A stretch of DNA of 64,000 nucleotides from contig OX597831.1 in NCBI GenBank assembly GCA_951406725.2, positions 69,936,001-70,000,000 of the forward strand, given 5' to 3'. The position numbers and the translations under genes are program-made. This document shows, in pieces, positions 52,733 to 64,000 of the stretch. This DNA is from Octopus vulgaris. Lineage: Eukaryota. Under the pieces are notes generated by a model that saw only the letters and a list, made by a program, of their open reading frames with translations, had not been told where the DNA came from and searched no databases. How positions within the stretch are numbered: position 1 is the stretch's first letter; each line of letters begins with the position of its first letter.

Positions 52733-53278
52733 GTTGTAATTTCCAAAAAAAAAAAAAAAATTATAAAGACGGGTATGTAAACAACAAACAGATGTATTAG
52801 TTTAAGACTCGGGAAGTGAGAAAATATTTTACATTTCGAGCCTACGCTCTTCAACATAAAGGAACACAGAAATAAGCAGAGAGAGAAAATAAAAAAGGTT
52901 TAGTGGCTAGCGATCAATCATATGTATGTATGTATGTATACATATATATTTCCAAAAACTGTTTCAAGGAGTATATAATCCTGGCAGTTACAGTGTTAAC
53001 TCTTAGATCGGTACCCAATGCCAGATAGCCACAGCAAATGTTGGTGATACTCAACTTAGTAATAATTTACTAGAATGAGTTATTATCCTCACTTGGACAT
53101 ACGCACATTTGGGTTGCAACCACTGCAGTCCAAGTGAAGAATGATGTAAATTACTGAATATGTGCAAAACTCCATTCTCCTGATCTTCATTAATTTCATT
53201 ATCTCTCTTTCTTTCTCTCTGTATATATATATATGTATATATATATAAATAAATATATATATACATATATATATATAC

Positions 53279-53339
<61 letters not shown>

Positions 53340-53612
53340 CATATATATGTGTTTGTGTGTGTGTATAAGTATGTATGTATATATACATGTGTATGTGTGC
53401 AAATGTCTTTGAGTCTGTGTATTTCCTCTACCACCATTTGACAACTGGTGCTGATGCATTTACATCCCCATAACTTAGCAGTTTAGCAAAAGAGATAAAT
53501 AGAATAAGTACTAGGCTTTAAAATAAAAATTACTAAAGAAAAATTCTTCAATCCAGTGCTCCAGTTTGGCTTCAGTCTAATGACTGAAACAAGTAAGATA
53601 AAAGATAAAAGA
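52526..53612 (+). mobile_element. SINE family A split by insertions in its internal (TA)n
   Basis: Head 52526-52690 and tail 53345-53612; intervening sequence includes a degenerate hammerhead-family element (52730-52920). Confidence 0.6.
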
Positions 53613-55349
53613 ATAATATAAATAACACCACATTATCATCAAATGACTGTCTTGCTTTAAGACAGTAGGATGTAATTTAGGAATGATTTGACTGTGATTT
53701 CTAACAAATCAAACGATTATGTAGAAAATCAATCATTGGCTCTCCAATTGCCTGCAGCTGCAAGATTTAATAAAATGAGTAATAGGAATGATGTTCTGGA
53801 ATCAATTCATTCTTCAATATTGTGTCCATAAGAAGTTTGTAACTCTGCATGAACTTGAGAAAACCTTGGGTTAAAGATACACTCGCATTCTATTTCTATA
53901 TTCTTGTCAGAAATTTCAATGTCATACTACCAAGTGTCTTTTGCACTTTACATATTGCCAGCATTTCACTATGAAGCAGTCAGTCTTATAATGAGGATGA
54001 AACTTATTTTTCAAAAAGAAAATTTTTCTCCCTATTTAAGGAATTTATTTTCTGCACCATACTATGAATACAAAGAAAAAAAAAAAAGAAAAACAAAGCA
54101 CTGCAAAATAAAATAAATAAAAAAAAACATCACAAATATGTTTTATAGACATCAATTTAGTACATTATAGCCTGTCTGACATAAGTATTTTTGCTGGATT
54201 GAAAACACCAATTTCTGCAGAAGTGGGATAACATTACTGCAAACAGATAACGAGTATGATTTTTTTTTTTTTAGAAAGATCCATCAATCATCAGAAACAC
54301 CAAGGGGGAAAATGTTGTTGGAGTTAACAGATTTTTATAATTAATTGGTTCTAGCGTGAGTGTTTGTCTATTATATGCATTTGTGTATGTGTGTGAGTGT
54401 GTGTGTATGTGTGTGTGTGCGTGCATGTGCACACGCATGTGTGTGTGTGTGTGTGTGTGTGTGTACACACATGTGAGTAATTATATTATACAGCAAAACA
54501 AAACACAGAGTCATTTGTGCAGAGATAACAGTTAAATAGATTTGGTTGCAGGGAAGCGGTTTTCTTGATGTAGCCAGTAATTGAATGGAGATTTAGTTTT
54601 ATACAAAAAGTGTTTGTCATTGGTTTCAAGCAATTATATATCAGCAAAAAGGTTAGAGGCATTCTCACGCTGAGAAATGTTAACTCTTTTTTTTTTTATA
54701 TGTAATTCAGGTCCACTGTCTGATTACTGACTCATTGAGGCAACTAAAAGAAATAGATCCGACAATACAAACATAAAATTATACATTCTTTAAACAATTG
54801 ATATATAATCAGTGGAAATCCATGCTAAGCATTCTGTGAAACTGCGACAGTCAGACTAGGCATTGTAGGACCTTCAAATAGCTAACATTACAACCATAGA
54901 TCTGATAAAGCACAGCTAACCAGTGCTGTTTAACACTGATAAACAACATTTGAGAAAAACTACTATAAAAGTATTTCGTTTTTGGATTTGGTTTGCAAGG
55001 TTCTTTATATGAGTTCGTGTGTTGAAGCATATTCTGTTGTGTCTGGGGAGAGTCATTTTCTTTTTGTGCCTTATTATTTAATGCACTCACTGGTAAAATT
55101 TCCGCTTTTTCTTTTTCCACTATAAAAGTTAACTTATTTTATTGTTTGTCTGGGAAATATTGAATCAGATTGACAGTTAACTCATGAGTAGGCATTTTAA
55201 AGGTGTAAGATTATTACTTAAAGGTAGTTAATGTTACAAAATCATGCATTGAATATTGTTTTATTTAATAGTAGCAGGGCTTTGATTACCTGAGCCTAAA
55301 ATTGGTTTTAAATTTAAAATGAAACATTCTGTTTCATTTGTGCATCTTA

Positions 55350-55776
55350 GGATCTTTTCGGTTTGAATGGCAGTTTTTTCAAGTGGTGTCATATGAAATT
55401 GTCACCCATAATTATGACCCTAGTATCGATCTATTGCATTTCAATCTGTTTTAAGGTTAGGGTTAGTTAGGGTTAGAGGTGGGGGAAGGGTATCTTTTTT
55501 TTTCTTCACAAATATAACTAAACCCAATCTGTTTCTTAAACGAGGGACATATTCATACGGCACAGAATGTTTTTTAACTCCATAGACATCACTGATTGGT
55601 TGAAATTGCAGAAATTGAAGAAAAAAACAACAAATATCTTACAAACTATAGAATTTTCTCAATGAAGCCAAGAGAAAAAGATGTTTTATAAACACATTCT
55701 ACCAGTATACAAAGTTTAAAATTTTTTAGTTACCTAGAAATTATGTTAAAAACTGCCGTTCAAACTGAAAAGATCT
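55350..55776. mobile_element. MITE with ~28-bp TIRs and 8-9-bp TSD (Merlin- or MULE-like)
   Basis: gatcttttcggtttgaatggcagttttt / aaaaactgccgttcaaactgaaaagatc; (t)gcatctta on both sides. Confidence 0.85.
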
Positions 55777-55813
55777 GCATCTTAATGTTGTCTCTAGCAA
55801 CTATAAATGACCT

Positions 55814-56124
55814 CTTTTTCTTTTGCCCTTTTCAAGCCTAGCCAGGCTCATGGGCCTAGTTTCCCGGTTTCTGTGGCATATGTGTTCCCCCCAGCTGGAC
55901 GGGACACCAGTCCATCACAGTGTTATTCAAGTAATAGGAAGAGAGAGTGAGAGTAAGTTGTGGTGAAAGAGTACAACAGGGGTCGCCACCACTCCCTGCT
56001 GGAGCCTCATGGAGCTTTTAGGTGTTTTCGCTCAATAAACACACACAATGCCCGGTCTGGGAATCGAAACTGTGATCCTCCGACTGCAAGTCCACTGCTC
56101 TTACCACTGGACCATTGCGCCTCC
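55814..56124 (-). mobile_element. SINE family C head with alternative 3' body, 14-bp TSD
   Basis: actataaatgacct at 55800-55813 and 56125-56138; shares head and middle with 4357-4648. Confidence 0.85.
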
Positions 56125-56217
56125 ACTATAAATGACCTAGCAATACTTATATTCTACTGAGCTGACTTATCTTTTTGTTTTTGTTCTAAATATAGTGCAT
56201 AACGACAACATCTTCAA

Positions 56218-57078
56218 TGTGAAGGTCAGCTGAAAAGTTTACAGGCTGACCAAGATACATTCATGGAATGTTACCAATTGCAGTTTATTTTTCAACGTAA
56301 CCCCCTCTTGTGGTCACATACTTCTTCCTTCAGTGTTGCAGTGCATGGATCCCACTGATGAAGGAGCTTTCATCCTGTTGGTCAAAAAAGTCATCAACAT
56401 TCTCACTGTGATGCTGGTTTCTAATCAAGTGTTATGTTTCTAGTCATGTTAGGGAACAGATGATAATGAGATGGGGGCCAAGTCAGGGGAATAAGGAGAG
56501 CAGTCGACCAGTTCAAAGACACAGTGATGCACATCAGCCAAGGACTTGTGTCCTGGAGCATTGTCTTGACGAAACAGGATCCCTTTCATCAGTTTCCCTG
56601 GGAGTTTGGTCTTGATAGCTTTTTGCAACTGCCTCAGCAAGTTGCCATAGTACTCTCCATTAACAGTGTAGCACTTTTGAAGATAGGAAATAAGTATAAT
56701 GCCTTTTGCATCCCAAAAAACTGAGATGAAACGATGTTGGCCTTTTTTGGAGCATGTGAAGAGGAGTGTTTCCACTGTATGGATTGTCTTTTTATCTCTA
56801 GATCAAAGTGATGGACCCAAGACTCATTCTGGCTTAAGAAATGTTCAAGGTAACCAGCTGAATCTGCCTCAAATAATGTCAGATTTTTCTTTGATCTGAT
56901 CACCTTGGTATGCTTTTGATCAGGTGTCAAAAGATATGGCATCTACCATGCTGAAGCCTTCATCATGCCAAGTTCATTGTGCAGAATATTCTCACTTTTC
57001 TCACAGCATAGGCTCTTTGATTCATAGTCAATTGCCTGTCATTCATCAGCATGGGGCGAACATGATCAATGTTTTCAT
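56218..57078 (-). mobile_element. Tc1/mariner transposase remnant with one terminus
   Basis: WVHHFDLEIKRQS, VFWDAKGIILI, RQDNAPGH and YSPDLAP motifs; same family as 16575-17105. Confidence 0.9.
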
Positions 57079-60000
57079 CAGTGAATGAAAACATTGATCA
57101 TTAACCACAACATTATTGAAACTACCACAGTTACCAGAACCAACATAGATACAAGCAAAAGGAGCCCCTATGTAGTTCTCAAATGGCTAGAAATGGCATC
57201 CAAATTTCTCTAAAATCACACATCACTATCTTATATAAGGGTTGGACACATATTAGATGACGCGGTCCAACATACCCCACTATGAAAGGAGAGGTTAACC
57301 TTGACTATAAGCCTTTTGATCATAAGTCTGAACAACAACATACTTAGGCCTTAAAACACTCTTATGTAGAGCAATAAATGAAAATTATAGTTTCAGAAAC
57401 CTTGCATTCTAATTCGTAAAGAATTCGGTCATGTGAAGATGGAAAAATCTTCAGGCATTGAGATTTGTTCTTTAATTTTGTCTGTATCTTAATAGAATGA
57501 TATAATGAAATTAAAGAACTCTCTGATAGCATCACTCATTTCCTATCTTCCCCATATCATTCATTATATCTTTCTTCCCACTTCTCTCATCTTTCCTAAT
57601 CTCCTTTTAAATCTGCCTTTCCTTAATCCCTTCTTCCTCATTCCATCCCCCTCTCTCTTCACTTCCCCTCTGTCACACTCCCTCTTCTTCTTTGAATTTA
57701 TTTATCTTGTACCCCTCTTCTGTTTCACATCGTTTCTCTCTGTTACTCTCCATTCTCACACGCCTCACTTCATCGTATATTTCTTTGTATCTATCTACCC
57801 TTAGGCTTATTTCTCAAGGCTAACCTGTGTCTAAACAACTACAACAACAATTACTTGTACCACTGCTACTGCATAATTTCAGTCCCACGCCACTACCACC
57901 ACCTCACAATCACTCATAGATTTGACACAGAGCTGGAGGGTTAAACAACAAAGCAAACTTTAATCACCAACACTATCACATTCTCTTAAACACAACTGCT
58001 TACAACAGTCAAGACCTACCTAAAACCATTCATACATACATTACTTGAAAACACGGAGTTCATTTTCCAGCTGCTGCCATCGTTTTCCCAAGGGGAGCAA
58101 CTCAATATCAACAACTTTGTTTTCTCTGGTTTTAAATTAATATGATAATGCTGACATCTTGAGGTTTTCCAAACTTCAAATTCCAATATTTACTGGTTTA
58201 ATATGTCTCTCAAAATCTCAGAGTAAGTACCTGCTTTCGTTCGTCTGAAATCTGCTCATGATCTCTACTATCTTAACAGTTTTGTTGCTTATCATTTATT
58301 TATGTAAACTTAAAGATAGTCATTACTAACGATATTTGATGAATTCAAGGTCCCCTATAAGGGATGAGTTGTTAGTTTTGCAGAGTACTTCTGACAATCT
58401 GAGTACTTGAAATAAATTTCTTGTATCATAGAAACTATGACACTGGCATTAACTGCTGAGGTGAGTACATGAGTCTTTGAAGCTAGTATGTAGTGACATA
58501 ATCTTAATGTTTTTGGGCGATCAACATTTTTGGGACATTTTATCCATGTTATTTCCAATGAGTATAAAAAAAAAACTAACCTGTAAACATTCACTTTCCA
58601 AACTGGCATAACTGGCATCAAAATAGCAGTTTATATTTAGATTTGAAGGTTTTTCCAAAGCTGGCAAACAGCATTCTTACTTTAATGTGTTTTTCAGTGT
58701 TGTTCATATTGCAAACATCAAATAATTCATAAGGACCATCTAAGTAGAACTTATCTTCATTTCATTATCAAAATAAAATCTTTTGTCAGACTTATTAATC
58801 TTAGCCAAGGTTTTGTCTCTATCATTCAGTGTACCAACAAACGCTTCTAGGCAGAGTTCTTCAGAAATTGTAAGAAACTATTAAGATTCATACAACCGTA
58901 CAAAGAGTTGCTTTCACCAGAGTTGACATCTGTCTATATGACTCGTTAATAAGATGGCTTTAAAATGTTGCAACATAGAATAAATCCTAATACACCTGAT
59001 CAAATTCTACAGTTTTATTAATATGATTTTGCTGACACTCTTTGGCAAAATATATAGTAGACTTAATTTTACCACTTGCTGCCTGTACTATTTGGCTTAA
59101 TATAAAACTGTCACCTCTCGTCCTGTAACACTGATAATTAACAATCTCTGGTTTATACTTCACACCTGGTGTAGCACACTCATTTCCAGCATTCTGCAAA
59201 AAGACATGTCTGATCATGGTAAAGTATTACCTTACTTTGAATCAGGTGACAGTTGTTGACAGGAAGAGTATCCAGCCTTTCAATAAAGCTGTATCCAACC
59301 AATGCAGACATGGAAAAGTGGGCATTAAAAACAATGATGATGGTGTTACATACATCATATAAATATCAGCTTGTGCATGCATGTGTGTGTGTGTGTGTGT
59401 TTCATTTATGTATGTCAGTGGCAGGTGTGAATATCTAACTTACGAATTTTGATCATTTTCTGTGAGAAGGGGCAGTGCCAACAGCTTTTTTTTTTATATC
59501 TTCATAGATAAGATTAATATGACTGTTGCTCAATTAAAATTATATTTTTGTGGCTGGAGGCAAAAACATGTTTATTTTACAAAAGAAAAAGAAAATAGCA
59601 GTTTAGATATAAACTGCAGAGGAATCACGAAAAACGTTTGTTGAATAATGTAATTCCAGTTCCAGTAACCTAACAGAAATTTAACAAATTAGAGAGAGAG
59701 AGAGAGATATCTAATGGAATATAAATTAATACAATCTGCCTTAGTTTAATCTTCATCTCAACTTGTTTTCAAAATAACTCTATTTTCAGAATAATTCAAT
59801 CTAATAAATGAATATATTGTAAAGATAAGATATAGTAAATTTCATCTGATATCTGATTGATTTGTTTTGAAAAGAGACACAAAAGTTCTGATGGAACTCA
59901 ATGAAACATCCAACAACCTCATTTCAGACAGATTAGTTTCAACTGATTTCCTTATGAAATAAAAGAAAAATAATTTGAAAGTTGAGAAAACTAACTGAGG

Positions 60001-60202
60001 AAGAAACATGTCTTGCACGTAGTTTCTTTTTTTGTTTTGTTGTTGTTGTTGTTGTCTTTGAGGGCATATCAAATTGAATAGCATTGAAACTTGAAATCTC
60101 AATAAACAAGATTTCTTCGGGTGAAATACTGTTGGAACATGTTGTAAATTTTAATGACAATAAGTTTTACAAGGTAACATATCATCAACATACACTCATT
60201 CA

Positions 60203-60241
<39 letters not shown>

Positions 60242-60493
60242 ACGAAGTTTCTGTTGATTTATAAACATCGTTTTCTCTCTCAATAATTGAAACCGGTTTT
60301 ATTTTATTAGGAAATTTGGAATTGAAATCTGAAAATAATTAATGTAGTTTTTAGATAAAAGCCTGAATTATGTTTTACTTTCTCAGTTATGTCATTTTCT
60401 GAATGTTTTAATTACCAAAACAAGTTTGATGTACTTGGAATTGATAGATTCTCAGTTGAATCAGAAATTATTGAAGAAAAGAAAGACATACAG

Positions 60494-60496
60494 TGT

Positions 60497-60531
<35 letters not shown>

Positions 60532-60651
60532 AGTGTGTGTGCATATGTGTGTGTGCATGTGTGTGAGTGTGTGTGTGTGTGTGCAAGTGTGTGTGCATGT
60601 GTGTGTGTGCGTGTGTGTGTGCATGTGTGTGTGTGTGTGTGTGCATGTGTG
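60494..60651. repeat. (TG)n compound microsatellite
   Basis: Direct inspection. Confidence 0.95.
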
Positions 60652-61129
60652 TCAACAAGGGAAAAAGGAAGAGAAAGTGAAATTGTTTCCAAATTACTGT
60701 GTTGATTGAGTAAAATATTGAATGATTTAAAGAAAAACTATTCTTGAATAGAATAAGATTTTGAAAATACAAAAGTCTAAATTTTTCAAATCATTGACTG
60801 AAATGTTTCTTAAGGGTATCAAATATATTTTGCATGGCTTTCTGAGTCAATAGGATATCGGGCAACCATCTTAAAAGGCAGCAGCTTATAACTTAACATG
60901 GACATTGTTGTGTAGGTACGAAGTATACTTAGTAACCATGAGGTTCTGAGATCAATCTTATTGCATGGTACTGTTTGTATTATAGCTTAAGATTAACTAA
61001 ATCTATGAAAGGGAATTTGATACTCTCACTTGTTTGTATAGATACACACTCGCTGGTTGCCAGCTCTGGCCTGCTACTGATCACACAGATCATGGTGGGA
61101 GTATTTGGGAGAATGGGATACTCATTTAC

Positions 61130-61513
61130 TCATTTACTTGTTTCAGTCATCTGACTGTGGTCATGCTGGAGCACCGCCTTTAGTCGAGCAACTCGACCCC
61201 GGGACTTATTCTTTGTAAGCCTAGTACTTATTCTATCGGTCTCTTTTGCCGAACTGCTAAGTTTCGGGGACGTAATCACACACCAGCATCGGTTGTCAAG
61301 CAATGCTAGGGGGACAAACACAGACATACAAACATACACATATATACATATATACGACGGGCTTCTTTCAGTTTCTGTCTACCAAATCCACTCACAAGGC
61401 TTTGGTCGGCCCGAGGCTATAGTAGAAGACACTTGCCCAAGGTGCCACGCAGTGGGACTGAACCCGGAACCATGTGGTTGGTAAACAAGCTACTTACCAC
61501 ACTGCCACTCCTA
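61130..61513 (-). mobile_element. SINE family A
   Basis: Full-length match. Confidence 0.9.
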
Positions 61514-61937
61514 TGGGATGTTGATCTTAAAGGTAAAGGTAGTAGTGGGAGTGATTGAAGTTTATGTTAATTTTGTTTTTTGTTTTTTCTTTCTTAGCCT
61601 CATATCGACCAAACCATTGCTAGTGCTAGTGGAGTTGTTGTTGTAGCATTGGTGGTGATTGAGGCTTTTGTTGTTGTTTAGCCTCATTTCAGCCAAGATT
61701 AGGGTTGTGATGACGGGGGTGGTGGCGGATAGTTGTTATTTGGCCTAAGATCACCCTTGAATGATCAAATAAAAGATCAAAGGTGTTCATACCATGACCA
61801 GCAAATCTTTTAGACCTAATGAATGCAGCACTATGTTAACTAATGTATGCTTTTAAAAGTTGGCAAGGTCTGATTTAAGGGAGATCCAGTTACTATTTTT
61901 ACATAATAAGGGAGCATGCACAAGGTCCCTTGTAGGT

Positions 61938-62361
61938 TCTCTTTTTACTCTTTTACTCTTTTACTCTTTTACTTGTTTCAGTCATTTGACTGCGGCCATG
62001 CTGGAGCACCGCCTTTAGTCGAGCAACTCGACCCCGGGACTTATTCTTTGTAAGCCTAGTACTTATTCTATCGGTCTATTTTGCCGAACCGCTAAGTGAC
62101 GGCGACGTAAACACACCAGCATCGGCTGTCAAGCAATGCTAGGGGGACAAACACAGACATACAAACACACACACACACACATATTTATACATATATACGA
62201 CAGGCTTCTTTCAGTTTCCATCTACCAAATCCACTCACAAGGCATTGGTCGGCCCGCGGCTATAGCAGAAGACACTTGCCCAAGATGCCACGCAGTGGGA
62301 CTGAACCCGGAACCATGTGGTTGGTTAGCAAGCTACTTACCACACAGCCACTCCTGCGCCT
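61938..62361 (-). mobile_element. SINE family A
   Basis: Full-length match. Confidence 0.9.
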
Positions 62362-62763
62362 ATTCGTTGTTGTTTAATTCCACCAGACCTATTCCAACTG
62401 TGTGCAGGGAACCCAGTTATTATGACTGACTGAGTCAGTGCAGTAGTCGCAGTTGCTGTATTCTGTGACGGTGTCATGGCAACAGTGATTCTTTTTAATG
62501 TTGAAGTAATGGTGGTAGATAACTCACATAATAAATCTGGTTGGTAGTGGTTGCTCAGATTCTGCTATGATGTAGTGTAGCTCAAGAGAAAATTGCATAA
62601 AGCCACAACAGAAAATTAATTAAATGTGATTTAATCTCATGCATTTCAAAAGTAAGATTATCTTGTCACCTAACTCCAAATCAATTGAGATATACACATA
62701 TACTTACATACGTATATAATCAAATATATATATATATATATAGAATATATATATATATATATA

Positions 62764-62799
<36 letters not shown>

Positions 62800-63461
62800 A
62801 ATATAGAATATATGTGTTATAATCAAATATGTACATATGCATGCACACACACACACATATATATATACAACATATATAAACTAGTTTTTGTTAACTTATT
62901 TTTGTTACATATAGACTATACGATTTGCAGTCACATGTAGCTTTTAAAAGTGTGCATAATTACATACACACCAAACTGTACTAGATGGAAGCTTTTTGAA
63001 AAATTTGCCTGTCTTCTGAGGAATCAATTCAAGTAATATGAAGTGCCACTGAAACAAGCTTTCTATCAAAGATTGGTTTTCTCAAGAACTTTATGCATTT
63101 GTTTGGACGATTTTTTCCTCTGTTTTCACTGTAAGGACTTTTATACGCATCTCTGCACATAGATTTTAACCTCTCCTATTCTTTGCTTCCTTTATTGTTA
63201 AAAAAGTTTTTATGATATATATTATCTCCTTTATCCAGTATGAAAAGGATTTAGGAATAAATGTCCCTAACAGGTCTACAAATCTATGCTTTAACCCAGC
63301 CTGCATGGCAAATAAGGTTAACACCCTGATTGTCTAAAAAAGGAGAGTAGATAGTTGTGTGTGGTCTATAAGAGGCAACATATAGTCCATAAAGTTGTGT
63401 ACATTCATATATAGCCTATGAAGTTGCATATAGATTAAAATATTCTAAAATGTTTGCCAAG

Positions 63462-63890
63462 TTGTGGTTGTGTGGTAACGGGTTTGCTTTCCAACAGCAG
63501 GATTCTCAGTTCAGGCCTACCACTGCATGGCATCTTGGTCATGTGTCTTCTACCATAGCTCCAGGTTAACCAAATCCTTGTGAATGGATTTAGTAGACTG
63601 TAAAGTTGTTGGCATTTGGAAGGGCATCCAGCTGTAAAAAAAAAACAGGCCAAAACTAACCTTGCTTGTGCTAGTGCCACGTAAAAAGCACTGAGTCCAC
63701 TCTGCAGAGTGGTTGGTATTAGGAAGGGCATTCACACGTAAAAATCCTGCTGAAACAGAGTAGCAAATGGTAGCTTTTCTACCTGGCCAGCTCCTGTGAA
63801 ATGTTCTACCTATCCATGCATGCATTGAAGATGAACGTTAAATGATGATGATGATGATGATGATGGTGATGATGATAATGATGGTGATGA
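63462..63890 (+). mobile_element. Diverged SINE A head fused to RTE 3'UTR and (GAT)n tail
   Basis: Head motifs to ~63600, then gaagggcatccagctgt and gaacgttaaatgatgatg. Confidence 0.6.
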
Positions 63891-64000
63891 TATATATATA
63901 TATATAAGATGATATATATATATATATATAAGAAGGGAAAAAGGGATTAAGAAATCCAAGCACTCAGTTTTAAACGAATTTGGTTAACTATATCCAACAA

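Noticed and set aside
55452-55485. Interstitial telomere or chromosome fusion scar
   Set aside because: Only a few degenerate units, and they lie inside a MITE
62978-63130. Frame interrupted only by two TGA codons and ending at a gtaagg donor (selenoprotein or readthrough idea)
   Set aside because: Short, no Sec-type redox motif, no acceptor or SECIS identified; compatible with chance

Overview
Eukaryotic, very AT-rich, microsatellite-saturated, gene-poor genomic DNA. The repeat families and (TA)n/(TACA)n/(CAT)n load point to a coleoid cephalopod, most likely Octopus; this is inferred from remembered repeat families, not a database hit. No intact protein-coding gene can be supported: almost all listed ORFs are microsatellite or repeat read-throughs. 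The window holds three tRNA-headed SINE families (>20 copies), decayed RTE, CR1 and R4/Dong LINE pieces, three mariner transposase remnants, a Helitron pair, two MITEs and several Penelope-like element (PLE) RT/GIY-YIG remnants. The most striking signal is a set of at least six unrelated type-I hammerhead-ribozyme motifs. Most sit in short elements inserted into (TA)n tracts, and many show fold-back palindromes (up to 820 bp with no spacer) or twin-priming-type 5' inversions. Together these suggest a (TA)n-targeted, ribozyme-bearing, non-autonomous PLE/retrozyme-like system. All ribozyme folds were paired by eye and are untested.
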